Assembly: GCA_048772705.1 (NCBI GenBank) | Contig: JBLWGC010000104.1 | Location: 744,001-808,000, forward strand | Direction: 5' to 3' | Origin: Leidyana gryllorum EB-2025a | Taxonomy: Eukaryota; Protista; Apicomplexa | Length of the DNA: 64,000 nucleotides | In this document: in pieces, positions 48,601 to 59,763 of the stretch | Layout of the letters: each line of letters starts with the position of its first letter | Numbering within the stretch: the stretch's first letter is position 1 | Notes under the pieces: model-generated | What the model saw: only the letters and a program-made list of their open reading frames with translations | The model's database searches: none | What the model was told of the DNA's origin: nothing | Translations under genes and position numbers: made by a program

Positions 48601-50478
48601 ATGTCCGCTCTACGGAGCATTCTCCTGTACAATGAAATCTACGCCTCGCAATTCCTCCAATTCTTCGATGTTTCCGAATTGGGCACACTGTCACAAATCA
48701 ATACCTGTGTGCGCAGCTTCATAAGTGACAAATTGGTCCTCCCCACAGTCAATTTGCACAATTTGGAAACCCACTCCAGTCTGCCCTCCACGGCTCATTG
48801 GCATATCAAACTTCTCACCCGATTGGTATCATCAGCCGAGCGCGTCATTGCTATTTGCGGCCCGTGTACCTCTCATGAACTTTTCAAACTCATCTGTACA
48901 TTCATGTGCTGCAACAGCGCTTCACTGAAGTATCTGTGGCTCGAATGCGATATCGACAATCGAGAACCGACTCACTTCACGGGCGCGTTTCCTAATTTGA
49001 AGGTTCTGTATCTCGGATGGAACAGTCGAACCGAAGTGTTCAGAGATGTCTATATACCGTCCTCGTGCTCAATCGCAATGAGGTGCTTCTGTACCTCTCA
49101 GAATGATTATCCCAGCTCAATGATAGTGCCTTTCACTCGTTTCCTACCCGCCTCTACCAGCTTGCCCGTTCACCAGAAAATGCTGCCCCCCATTCCCACA
49201 ACTTTGTACAATGCAATGGGATGGTCGACCTTGACCAACTGTTTGGGGCTTGCCGTGCGGGCTCTCCTATCCGGCGACCTCAGCAAGTTCAATCCGGACA
49301 TGATGATGTGCGAAACCGCTTATTTGTTACCAGCAAGATGGAGTGATGTTGTGGACATGGTAGCTCCAGTATTCCCAGATTGCAATGTCGCCCTCATGCG
49401 AAGCGGTATCGCGGAGTTACCCCAGTCGTCGCAGATCTTCCACCGTTGGCGACCACTTGGCTGGACCAGCCAAAGAGTATCCAGGTTGCGGCCGTTGATA
49501 CTGGCACTATGGAGAATCTTCGAAGCCGTCGTTCCTCTACATTTCCGCTGGAATGCTCGAAGAGGATCTACTGGCGCGCAGTGTTGGACGAGAGAGATGA
49601 TGCCTGAACTCGTGTCGCTCAGTACGGGACGAAAGCAGGATTTGCCGCGCAGCATAGTTCATCTCCAAACATTCCTGTCAGCACCACCCCTTCTTCACAG
49701 TGACCAGCTGAGACTTACCTATGTGATTGGGCTGTTGGAGACCTGGCAGGATTATCGGGATTCGCTCACCGAACCTCCAAAGGCTTACGACTGGGGTAGG
49801 GACGACATAGTGGCTGTGCTTTCAGTCCGTCACTCACCGTATTCATTTGGGGAGGCTTGTGCAGATGATTTGCTCCAGTTCTTCAGAATCCAACTTGTGA
49901 TATTCGACTACCCCTACATCTCCGAGTTGCGACATATCTATTCTCTGGCCTATCAGCTTCAACACGAACGACAGTATACAATTCGCATCGTATATCGGGG
50001 CTCACTGCACTATTGGAACCCTCTGGTGCGACGAGCGCTGTTGGGGATGGCCCGTGGAGACTACGATGCCGACACACTCACACTATTGTGCAACACCACA
50101 GAGTGGTATCCCAGGCCAATGCAGTATCAATCAAGTGTTTTGTCCCAACTTCAGCAGCGATTACATCACAAATTCAAGGAAGAATATCGCGCCTTGGTAC
50201 CTCCCTGTTTTTACAGAGACTGGGCAGAGTTCAGCTGGAGACAGACGAATCAACAACAGACCCTCCAGAATGAATGCAAAAGAGCAATATCGCTAGCTAA
50301 GGTCTTCTCTGAAAGTGAAGAGGAGAGAGAGAACGAACTGAAAAAAGATCAACTAGATTTGGTACCCTTATTCCGCCCTTTGCACGACCGAAGCTTGCTG
50401 CAGATCCGACTACCTCCGTTTATACCATTCGTTAGAAACTTACTCGGCACCGAACAACATTTGAAAAAAGAAACATAA
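48601..50478 (+). CDS. Hypothetical protein with possible N-terminal F-box-like motif
   Basis: 625-aa intronless ORF. FLQFFDVSELGTLSQINTCVRSFI resembles an F-box; LKYLWL and FPNLKVLYL resemble LRR segments. Confidence 0.65.
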   Translation: MSALRSILLYNEIYASQFLQFFDVSELGTLSQINTCVRSFISDKLVLPTVNLHNLETHSSLPSTAHWHIKLLTRLVSSAERVIAICGPCTSHELFKLICTFMCCNSASLKYLWLECDIDNREPTHFTGAFPNLKVLYLGWNSRTEVFRDVYIPSSCSIAMRCFCTSQNDYPSSMIVPFTRFLPASTSLPVHQKMLPPIPTTLYNAMGWSTLTNCLGLAVRALLSGDLSKFNPDMMMCETAYLLPARWSDVVDMVAPVFPDCNVALMRSGIAELPQSSQIFHRWRPLGWTSQRVSRLRPLILALWRIFEAVVPLHFRWNARRGSTGAQCWTREMMPELVSLSTGRKQDLPRSIVHLQTFLSAPPLLHSDQLRLTYVIGLLETWQDYRDSLTEPPKAYDWGRDDIVAVLSVRHSPYSFGEACADDLLQFFRIQLVIFDYPYISELRHIYSLAYQLQHERQYTIRIVYRGSLHYWNPLVRRALLGMARGDYDADTLTLLCNTTEWYPRPMQYQSSVLSQLQQRLHHKFKEEYRALVPPCFYRDWAEFSWRQTNQQQTLQNECKRAISLAKVFSESEEERENELKKDQLDLVPLFRPLHDRSLLQIRLPPFIPFVRNLLGTEQHLKKET

Positions 50479-50527
50479 CATCTCTTCTCATCTGAGCAAC
50501 CCAGCAATTCGATAATGCACTTCAACT

Positions 50528-53104
50528 TCACGCCAGAAGGAAAGTGAGCACCCCAGCAAGTCCGAGCCCAGCAATAGATGCGAGGGCTCCATCCTTGTTG
50601 AGACTAATTGTGGACGTAAGTCCATGGGGCAATGGGTTCCTGTCAAATACCTCAGACATGAGGGTGGTCTCGATCGAGCATCCCTTTGACGAGCAGCCAT
50701 GAACGCTCAAATCAACAGCCAAAGGTTCCTGAGCGCTGAGGGTCTCCTGCTCTGGAACGACATGACTGTATGTGTTATTGCCCTCCACAGCCCACACGAT
50801 GCGGAAAGGTCCTTGGATGGGGGTCGTCGCAGTGGTAGTGTAATTGAGCTTGAGGTGGAGATGGTCATTATGGCTGTGGCTGCTGCTGCGCAGACGGACA
50901 TCGCTGCGACGGTCGTCAGTCACACTGAAGGCGCTCTCGACCGTTGCAGGGACCAAAAGTCCTTTATTGGCTGCAGCCATCTTCCTGTTGTAATCGATGA
51001 CGTATACGTTGTCGGCTGTGGCAATGGTGCGCTGATCAGTTCCCTTAAGGAAATCGACGAACTGGTCACCGCCTCCTGCGAGGAAATTGTTGGTAACGAT
51101 GGTGTACACCCCGGTGGGAGTGATTGGGTCAAAGTCGTCACTGGTGGCATTGTAGACTGCCATGGAATCGGCGATGATCCTTTGATTAAGGGGTTCGGTC
51201 TCATTGTATTGATATCGGAGGCCGCTGGTCTGCAGGTGGAACATACGACTGCGAGCAACTCCCTTATCATCCATCCATTGATGCTCCAAGATACTCTTGA
51301 GATCAGCTCCGGTCAGCTTCATGATAGCGAGTTCGTTGCCGAATGGCAGAGTATCGTAGACGTGACGAACAGTGATGCCATCAGCCTCGGTAGGGACCCA
51401 CGCTTTGCGAATACCACCATCGTTGGTAAGAGACATTTGGACATTGGTTTCGGCAGGAGTGGCAGCGATCATAGCATCAGCAATGTGACGGCCAAGGATG
51501 CTCTCGGTACCCCGGGGTTGAGGCCAGGTAACGGTGGATTTTGATGTCTCCACGTTGCCCAGCTCGTTGCCTTGATCAACGGCCTCGATGATGACTTTGT
51601 TCACTTCCACGAGAAGTTCAGGTAATTGGTTGATCTCGATCTGGGTCAGCTCTCTGTCATATCCCTCTTGACCCCGCATCCAGACCTTGCGATCGTAGTC
51701 GTAGTAAATTCCTTGACGAACACTAGCAACGTCTACTTGAGAAGGGTTCACAACCAGGTTATGAGTTTGACTGTCAATCAGCAGCTCAAAGGTGGCCAGA
51801 TTCACGCCGAAGGCACCAGTCTGAATAACTGGGGGCAAGTTCGGGTTGATAGTACTTCCCATGTTCCAGTTGTACAGGTTGTGAGTGTGACCAGAAGCCA
51901 ACACGTCTACATACTTCGCTTCCGAGTTCAACTCGCGAAGGAAGCTGGCAAACTCACCCTCCGACTGCTCCTTGATGAAGTTGTCAACGTTAGCATACGT
52001 ATCGAGACCACCTTGGTGGAACAAACAAATAACAATATCACATCCCTCATCCTCCTTCAGGATTTTAGCATACTTATTGGCAGCTGGGGCGGCAGGGGTG
52101 AACTCCAGGGGTGCAACACCTTCAGCAAGAACGACGCTGGCGAGTGATTCGAGTGTCACTCCGACGAAACCGATTTTGTATGTTCTCTCACCCCTCTTGA
52201 TGGTGGTAATGTGGGTAGCATCCATAAAAACTTCTCCGACTTCCTTACCATCCTCTACCTTCTGCTTCCACAGGATATTCGCTCCGAGCTGAGCGAACCT
52301 GAATTCCTCAGTCCCAGCCTTCAGAATGTCCTTGTAACCCTTGTCAAACTCGTGATTCCCCAGAGCCTGAGCTTGAGTACCCCACATGCGAGTAATGGTC
52401 TTGGTGGGGAGATCGTCGTTGATTGCAGACTCATAAAGACTTCCACCAATAGAGTCACCAGCACCCACAACGATCAGATCACGTTCGACCAGATCGGAGT
52501 TTAGATCATTCAAGCGGATGGTCATACTCAACGCCCCACTGAATTGATTCGCATTCGCGTTCGTCCCATTTTGCGACACGATGTACCCGTGGAAATCGTT
52601 GTACGCTGCCACCCTAATGACATCAACCACGGTCTGCACCGGGATCACAGATGTCAATTCGAAAACGGGAGCTCCTTCTTGTGCGCCCACCACCCTGTAG
52701 GGGTATGAGCCACTCTCCACACTGCCATCAATGGACAAAGTCAACTTAAAGGCGTTGCCATCCGTAATTTCTGCCTCTTGTACTCGAACGCCTTCAGGAA
52801 GATCCTCAATTGTCAAATCATAGTCGTTCAGGGCTCCAATCAGCTGGTATACAACACCTTGAACTTCGTACAAACTCCCCGGTTCCGCTCGCTTCAATGT
52901 CGTTGAACTTGCTTCACTTTCCAACACAACATAGGGAGCTGGAGCAACCGGTGGCTCTGCGATCTCAACGCGAGCCCGCGACGGAGTTACAAACAATGAG
53001 TCGCGAAACGCTTGTTCCACCGGTGTTAGACCATCCCGCTGCGGGTCGGGACTGCCAACCACACACCCCACAGCGTATAATACTGAAAGTGGAGAAAAAC
53101 GCAT
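50528..53104 (-). CDS. Secreted, probably GPI-anchored 5'-nucleotidase (calcineurin-like metallophosphoesterase plus C-domain), intronless
   Basis: Signal peptide; NDFHG, GAGD, LGNHEFDKG, LFHQG, SGHTH; C-domain NDGGIR, LPFGN, TNNFLAGGGD; hydrophobic C-terminus. Confidence 0.93.
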   Translation of the reverse strand: MRFSPLSVLYAVGCVVGSPDPQRDGLTPVEQAFRDSLFVTPSRARVEIAEPPVAPAPYVVLESEASSTTLKRAEPGSLYEVQGVVYQLIGALNDYDLTIEDLPEGVRVQEAEITDGNAFKLTLSIDGSVESGSYPYRVVGAQEGAPVFELTSVIPVQTVVDVIRVAAYNDFHGYIVSQNGTNANANQFSGALSMTIRLNDLNSDLVERDLIVVGAGDSIGGSLYESAINDDLPTKTITRMWGTQAQALGNHEFDKGYKDILKAGTEEFRFAQLGANILWKQKVEDGKEVGEVFMDATHITTIKRGERTYKIGFVGVTLESLASVVLAEGVAPLEFTPAAPAANKYAKILKEDEGCDIVICLFHQGGLDTYANVDNFIKEQSEGEFASFLRELNSEAKYVDVLASGHTHNLYNWNMGSTINPNLPPVIQTGAFGVNLATFELLIDSQTHNLVVNPSQVDVASVRQGIYYDYDRKVWMRGQEGYDRELTQIEINQLPELLVEVNKVIIEAVDQGNELGNVETSKSTVTWPQPRGTESILGRHIADAMIAATPAETNVQMSLTNDGGIRKAWVPTEADGITVRHVYDTLPFGNELAIMKLTGADLKSILEHQWMDDKGVARSRMFHLQTSGLRYQYNETEPLNQRIIADSMAVYNATSDDFDPITPTGVYTIVTNNFLAGGGDQFVDFLKGTDQRTIATADNVYVIDYNRKMAAANKGLLVPATVESAFSVTDDRRSDVRLRSSSHSHNDHLHLKLNYTTTATTPIQGPFRIVWAVEGNNTYSHVVPEQETLSAQEPLAVDLSVHGCSSKGCSIETTLMSEVFDRNPLPHGLTSTISLNKDGALASIAGLGLAGVLTFLLA

Positions 53105-53263
53105 CCAGATTCAACACAAAAGCAAAAAAAAAAACCAAAATGCGACACGCGAACAGTGTCATTACGCACACGACGGCGTGACACTTTCATGATCTCCAAA
53201 AGTGGACTTACACAATGTGTTGAATCAGAAGAGGAGAGAAAAGAAAAGAATGCCTCAATCAGA

Positions 53264-55741
53264 TCACTTAAGCTTCTTGGAATGCTTCACTACCGGCACA
53301 TGCTGGATAGGCTGGATAAGATCCGTCTGATGATGCACGTGTTGTATGATATGTTGATGCTTCGGTTGAACAGGAGTCGGCACAGGTTGAGGTACACCAT
53401 ATGGGACCCTGATGGCGGGAGGTGGGGGGACAGGTGCTTGCTGCGGCAATATGATGGCCGGCTGTGGTACCACCACTGGCTGTTGAATGACTGTTAACTG
53501 GGGCGCTGGCAGTATGGGTGGCGCTGCCATCAAAGGGGGTGGAGTTGGCTCGGGCTTGAGGTCTGCAGGAGGAGGCACCGGGGAACTCAAGTCTTTGAGG
53601 TCTTCCTCAGGTGGATTGCTCTGTAATGGTAAAGCATCCTCGTCAAACTCGTAGTCCACCTTCATTGTGTAGCACTCCCCTACTAACTTATCGAACTGCA
53701 TTCCCATAGGGCATTGTGGCATCAAGTCCGTAAACCGTTTCCGTATGCACATCTCGGATGGTTGATGGTGAATGAAACCTTCCGGGCACAGAAGGACGGG
53801 CGGTTGTTGTATCTCTTGGAGACAAATGTTGAAAGATAGGATGAAGTGTTCTGGGCAGATGGGTCGCTTAGGAGTGACCTCGTACTTCACACATCCTGAA
53901 GGTTCTTCTTTGTATGTGGCGGGGCACACGAAGGACGCAGGTTCAATCAATGTTCCCTGGCAGAAAGGCCCGAGGGGTCCAATCTCCAACTCCATCCCAC
54001 TGACATTGCAGGAAAATTCAGGATCAGAAACCTCTTCGCCTTTGCACACCACAACACCAGTCGGGTGATCTTTATATAGAGCGGTCGTAGGGGGACATGT
54101 GAATGTAGCTTCCAACTTCTCCATACGTTGACAAGTGCCATCAAAACCCAAGTCGAATCCTGCAGGACACTTCATGAGAGCCGCTGCTCTTTCCACCAGC
54201 ATACAAGTTCCATCTGCCATCAAGTTTGATCCGGCCGGGCAAATGATCTCTGGAAGTGTCACTTCTTTCCGGGTGCACGCGCCGTGCAGGAGCTCTGTGT
54301 CTATCGGGCACATGAGCGCAGCATTGGTTTTGGTCTGCTTCTTGCACCGTCCCTCATGTAGCTCGTAAGCTGGGGGACACGCTAGTAACCCCGGGGTGGA
54401 GGTGTAGGACCAACAGTGGCCCTTCTCCTCGTCATATGACATCCCACCGGGGCACCTCATCTGCGGAGGGAGATGAGTATGGTGACCTTTCTTCTTATCT
54501 TTCACAGCTCCATGCTTCGGCAGACACATCTTGGAGGGTAAGTCGAAAAGATGCGACGAGGGACAAATCCATTCCACAGAGGCTTCGAGCCAGTGCTCAC
54601 AAGTCAGATGTACCGGATTCGGTATTGTTCCCTTCTCGCAGCGCAGTTCAGGTAATGGTCCCATCTCAACGTGAGTGCACAAGCCGTCTTGAGTCAGTTC
54701 CCCAATCTCGCAAGTGGCTGATGGGGATTGATTAATTTCCCTCTTGCACTGCGACTCGATCAATGCGAAGTTCATAGGGCAAATGCGATCGGCATTCAGA
54801 ACTGTTCGTTTCTCACAACTCCCAGTGACCGTGAGGGCATGGAGCGGGCTTGGACACACTGGAGTACCTTCCGCAATGAGCTCTCGAAAACAGTGTATTC
54901 CGTTATCTGCGAGGAAGAAGTCTGTGGGGCAGCTTGCCAAGGGGGCAACCACGACAGGTTCCCTGCAGTGTCCATCCAATAAAGTGCCCTCCACACACGA
55001 GGCCACCGCCGGAGACTCCACAGGTTTCTTGCACCCATGTACTGTTCCTTGATATCCCATTGGACACCTCATCTCCTTAGGTGCCAAGACTTCTCTGACA
55101 CATTCAGCCGTGTTCTCCCACGGAACAAAGCCTTCATCACAAATAGCGTCTGCTGGTTGAGTGTCTATAGCATTACACATTCCGGCGTCGTACTTCCAAC
55201 CTTCCGCACATCCTATCTCCACTTCGACTTGATCTATGCGCACACAATTCCCTGCTTCCTGTATGAAGTCGCGTGGGCAAACCCAATCTGGCTCCGCTCG
55301 CTCGATATATTGATGGCGTTTGTACTTCGGCTGAGCAATGCCAACAGGGGGTCTTGGCTCTCTGGGGCGTGTTGGGGGCGTAGTTAGATCCGCTTGCTGT
55401 TCGATAGGATAGGGGTAGGGAACCGGGAAGGGGTCTGGAATATATTCGGGCTCCACCAATAAATCGAAAAGCGGAGGTCGAGGGCCAATGGGGGGTGGTA
55501 TCACACCACCCTTCTTCTTCTTGTACTTACCACCGCCTCCTCCAAAACCTTCGGCTGATCCCAATACCCCAGTCTGCGGAGGTAGACTGAGAGCAAACGC
55601 TGGGTAGTCAACCCATTGTGGTCCTGTGTTGGCGGGGAACCGAGGACCTCCAATCAACGAACGATGTAGGGCATTATCTAGCTTGACTTCTTCACTTGTC
55701 GTAAGGTGGAGTAGAGAAAGGATCCAGAAATGCTGCAGCAT
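53264..55741 (-). CDS. Oocyst wall protein-like Cys-repeat protein (COWP/TgOWP-like), intronless
   Basis: Signal peptide, more than 15 repeats of CP.G[FY]......C spaced about 10-13 aa, Pro-rich flanks, His/Lys patches. Confidence 0.85.
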   Translation of the reverse strand: MLQHFWILSLLHLTTSEEVKLDNALHRSLIGGPRFPANTGPQWVDYPAFALSLPPQTGVLGSAEGFGGGGGKYKKKKGGVIPPPIGPRPPLFDLLVEPEYIPDPFPVPYPYPIEQQADLTTPPTRPREPRPPVGIAQPKYKRHQYIERAEPDWVCPRDFIQEAGNCVRIDQVEVEIGCAEGWKYDAGMCNAIDTQPADAICDEGFVPWENTAECVREVLAPKEMRCPMGYQGTVHGCKKPVESPAVASCVEGTLLDGHCREPVVVAPLASCPTDFFLADNGIHCFRELIAEGTPVCPSPLHALTVTGSCEKRTVLNADRICPMNFALIESQCKREINQSPSATCEIGELTQDGLCTHVEMGPLPELRCEKGTIPNPVHLTCEHWLEASVEWICPSSHLFDLPSKMCLPKHGAVKDKKKGHHTHLPPQMRCPGGMSYDEEKGHCWSYTSTPGLLACPPAYELHEGRCKKQTKTNAALMCPIDTELLHGACTRKEVTLPEIICPAGSNLMADGTCMLVERAAALMKCPAGFDLGFDGTCQRMEKLEATFTCPPTTALYKDHPTGVVVCKGEEVSDPEFSCNVSGMELEIGPLGPFCQGTLIEPASFVCPATYKEEPSGCVKYEVTPKRPICPEHFILSFNICLQEIQQPPVLLCPEGFIHHQPSEMCIRKRFTDLMPQCPMGMQFDKLVGECYTMKVDYEFDEDALPLQSNPPEEDLKDLSSPVPPPADLKPEPTPPPLMAAPPILPAPQLTVIQQPVVVPQPAIILPQQAPVPPPPAIRVPYGVPQPVPTPVQPKHQHIIQHVHHQTDLIQPIQHVPVVKHSKKLK

Positions 55742-55859
55742 CGCATAAGCACAAAGATGTCTCGCAGCACACGTGTGCTATTCCAGCAGAAGGCCTATGT
55801 CAGCCACATCAGCAGGCTCGTGTCTGCGAAAGTGACAAGAGGTGACAGTCTCGTGACCT

Positions 55860-56499
55860 ACCTAGTTCGTGGCGGTTTGGGCTGAGACCAGTTCCTTGCA
55901 ATTTGGTGGGTCGTGACCTCATATTTATATCCCTGGCGTGTTTGTTCCTCCTGGACTTGTTGGGCTGGAAGGAGGTGGCTTATATACTGAAGCGAATCCG
56001 CTTACTGGCAAATTGATGGAAGATAATGCCACCCGCCACAGCCACATTCAAGGAGGCGGTCGCCCCAGTGTATTGGCGTATGTACACGAACCGGTCACAG
56101 GCTTCAATCTGTTTGTCTGACAATCCAGTGCCTTCGTTCCCGAGCATGAAGGCGATCGGTTTCCGAGTAAAGTCCGCTTGCACTACATCCTCTGCTCCTT
56201 CTATTATCTCGACTCCGCAAATTTCGATCCCTTTGGTATTGAGGAATGCTCGAAGATCCTTCAACGTGTCCCAGTAATGGAAGTTTACATGATGAACGGT
56301 TCCCTGGTTAACGGCTGGCGTCTAGCACTGGAAACAACTGCGATACCTGATTGCCGAAAGTACGAAGCTTCTGGGATCCGACGACAAAGATGTCGATGAT
56401 CCCCATCGCAGCTGCTGATCTGATCAGCGTGCCGAAGTTCGCTCTTTTACCCACGTTACAAAGGATGAGAGACCCTTTCGGGGCAGCTTCATGTGACAT
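55860..56499 (-). CDS. SpoU/TrmH-family SPOUT RNA 2'-O-methyltransferase, spliced (3' end approximate)
   Basis: NVGKRANFGTLIRSAAAMG, ICGVEI, FMLGNEGTGL, ASLNVAVAGGI. Confidence 0.9.
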
Positions 56500-56558
56500 T
56501 GTGGCAAATTTTTTGACCGCATGCGCGAAAGCCACGCGCTTGACACCATTGGAAAGAA

Positions 56559-58545
56559 ATGGCCAGAGAGGCTTCAGAGAGGGTGATGCCCGATTTGGAT
56601 GAGGCTAGACGAGATGAAACTATTCGACACTTGCTCGAGGAAGTTCGATCGGAATGGCAGACTTCGGTTGGAACATTTGGGGCTAGAATTGAGCGACCGT
56701 ATGAGGAGCTACATGACGAGCTAGTCAGAGCTGAGACACAACCCCTGTTCGCTGATACGCGGCACGTAGACGTAGAACCATCGTGGGGCGGAACTGGCAG
56801 TGAGCGTCTAGGAACTCCACAAGGCATTCCGACTTTAGCTGCTGTCGGTGTGGCAGACTCGGTACTCCCAGAGCTTCTCACTGGGGATACGCCAGACTTT
56901 CTGCGCGCAAGTCCACCATCGCCTGTAGCTTGGGATGAGAGCTCCTCTAGTGATCTACAAAACCCTTCGCCGGAGGACGAGGTTAGCCCCGATGCGGGTC
57001 GGTTGGGCACGGAGTCAGTGAGTATGGCTCCGCCCCAGTACACGCAGATGACCGAGGAGCAGAACGTGGACGGTCAGTGGGAGGACGGGCAAGAATACGT
57101 CCATCCTGAAGCGTTGAGGGACTTTCTTGATGATTTGCTGAAGGAGGAGTCTGGAAATAGTCGGAATTTGTATGAACCCGTCTTGTCAGAACAGCGACTG
57201 AAGGCTCTACACAAATTGTCAACAGCGACCTCGGCCGGGAGGGCAGCAGAGCGGGGATTCGCGAATCAGGTGACAACAGCACGAATCCGGACGACGACTT
57301 ATATATGGAATCTCGAGAAGTTCTCCTGTCTGCGAGAGCACGCGGCGTTATCGGCCTTACCCTATCTTCAGAACTTTATCGAATCCGATCATTTTGGTGA
57401 CGACGACACTGGTCACTTCTACTTGATGCTGTTCCCGTCCGGCGAAGGAGGGAAAGATAATGCGGGAATGATTGTGAAAGTCGTTTCCAACAACAAACAG
57501 AGTGTGACGGCGCGAGCCTCGTTCGTGCTGTTGACACCAAACGGACAAGAGTGTGAGTTGTGTACAGCGAGCTCCTAATAGATAGATCCAATTCTCAGTG
57601 GAGTGGAGCAGGCGCGGTTTCGAGGAGTTTAAGTGGTTTCAAACCTCATTATATTACAACGCACTGGTATTATTCAAGAGTGGGTGATTTCGTCCTTATC
57701 GATCTATATATGTGTTTTGGTCCATATCACAGATTCGGAAATGAGTCGACTGGCATCTTACCTCGAGCCCCATGATACATTGAGGCTCAAGTGCACATTA
57801 GCAGTGTGTACAGAAGTGCGAGATCGTCGGGGGAACGACGGCTTTGTCTCCTTCGACTCTATCGCGCAAACGTGTCTACCTTCAACACTGACGTCCCTCA
57901 GTCGGCAAATGTGGACTGAGAATTCCAAACTACTGGATGTCTGTGTGTCTGGACAAGACGATCGAAACTTCAAGGCTTCTTCTTTCGTGCTGGCTGCCAG
58001 GTCCGGAACGTTCAGACGCATGTTCAATAGTCCCATGGTCGAGGGAGGTAGCAGAGCGGACGGGAAGGCCAGACACGTACGGATTTCCGATATCTCCTCC
58101 TCGCTGCTGGAAGAGTTCTTGTGCTTCTTGCACACCGATTCCTGTGCCACCTTGGAAAAGCGGAAACCAGCTCTTTCACAACTTGTCGATCTCCTATGTT
58201 TGGCCGATCGATATGAAGTTGAGGTAATGAACGGGGTCTCACTGACCGTCACTCTACACCATGCAGGGATTGCGACTGCACGTCACGGAAGCTTTGACAG
58301 GTCGGATAAATGCCGACACAGTCCTTCAACTTTATGGACTGGCACGAAGTCTCCATCAACACGAGCTGCAGACTGCGTGTGAGTGCACCAGGAGACCGTT
58401 AGATGTATATCAATCAATCTTAGGCCTGAAATATGCTCTCAATAGTTCTAAAACAAGACAACTAGTTGGTGAAGCGGTTATGGATGCACTTCCTTGGATA
58501 GGTCCGAGGCACAAGCCACCCGCCCCAGGATGGGCTCCAGAATGA
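56559..58545 (+). CDS. MATH-BTB (SPOP-like) Cullin-3 adaptor, spliced
   Basis: MATH: YIWNLEKFS, FYLMLFPSG, YLEPHDTLRLKC. BTB: FKASSFVLAARSGTFRRMF, ISDIS..LLEEFLCFLHTD, LLCLADRYEV. Confidence 0.88.
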
Positions 58546-59744
58546 TCGACACCATCTGAGTGAGAAAGAAGAACGGAGCATAGTGCTGCCGATGCTGAGA
58601 TTGTGGGGTTTACCTTTGGGTTGAGGGAATTTCCAATCAGTGACCATTGTTGCCTAAAAGTCAAAAGGTCAGGGAAACTGAATTGGTCCTCTTCGACCGG
58701 GAACCCCATCATATTAGCAATCTCGAGGGGGTGAAAGCGACGAAGCACCTTAGCTAAGGGAGTCATCTGGTGTGGGTCACCGGCACACCGCTCGTGTCTC
58801 CAGGGCGGCTGAGTTTGCAAAAGAGACCCAGTGCCGTTGAAGAATCGTCCATAACCCTTGGTGAAGCACATTGTGTACGGACGGATGTTCGAGTCTGGAG
58901 GCTCTTCGGATATCGTTTGAACATTGAAGTCATCGGCCAGTCTGGTTTCGCAGATATCCGTAGCCAATATCGAGGGCTTTTTGAGTTCTGTGTCTCTGAC
59001 GAAGAGTTCTGCGATATCTTTGTGATCCTCGGGCAGAAGGAAGGACTTGATGCCACGACAGATTGTATGGGGGACGGGAAGCATAGTGGGGAGCTCGAGT
59101 CGAGCTGCAGCCGAGTCGTTTCGAACTGCAACGACATAAAAGCGCGTACGACTGTTTGGGAATCCATAGTGGAGACAATTCCAGAGACCAGCAGCTTGGA
59201 GGGTGTAGCCTCGACGGAGAAGCTGTGGTCGCATGGATTTCCAACTGGTGGAGTCCTGGAAAGGGGGAACGTTCTCGAGTATAAGGACCTGAGGGAGACA
59301 TTCGTCCTCAATGTCCCGTATTATTCCAATCAAATGAGCCAAAGCATCGGCACGCCGGTCTTGGGCATCCCGTTGGTGCCCTTGAACGGTGTAGGGTTGA
59401 CATGGTGGGGACATTGCCCAGATGTCGAAGACATTTGATCTAAACCACTCCAGAGTCAAAGATGTTATATCCCGATTGAAGCAAGCAAACTTTGCATTTG
59501 AGGTTGCCTTGAGGGCATTGTGAGCATATGTTTTGATGGCATCAGGCGATATTTCGACTGCCAAATGGTGAAATTTGAGCTGCAAACTGATGAGGCGCGA
59601 TTGAATTCAGTAGTGCGATCGCACTCAAGCTCACTAATGATCTAAGGCATAGCGGAAGCCACCAACTCCGGCAAAAAGCTCCAACACGCGAGGCTCAGAA
59701 GCTGTGCTCTGCAGAAAGTCTTCCACTTGGCTCACTTGGTGCAT
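58478..59744 (-). CDS. DNMT2: DNMT2/TRDMT1 C5-cytosine (tRNA C38) methyltransferase, spliced
   Basis: RVLELFAGVGGFRYAL, MSPPCQPY, ILENV, PNSRTRFY, CFTKGYG (Dnmt2-specific CFT), RRFHPLEIANMMGFP, LIGNSLN. Confidence 0.93.
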
Positions 59745-59763
59745 AAGTGAAAAATTTGGTGAC

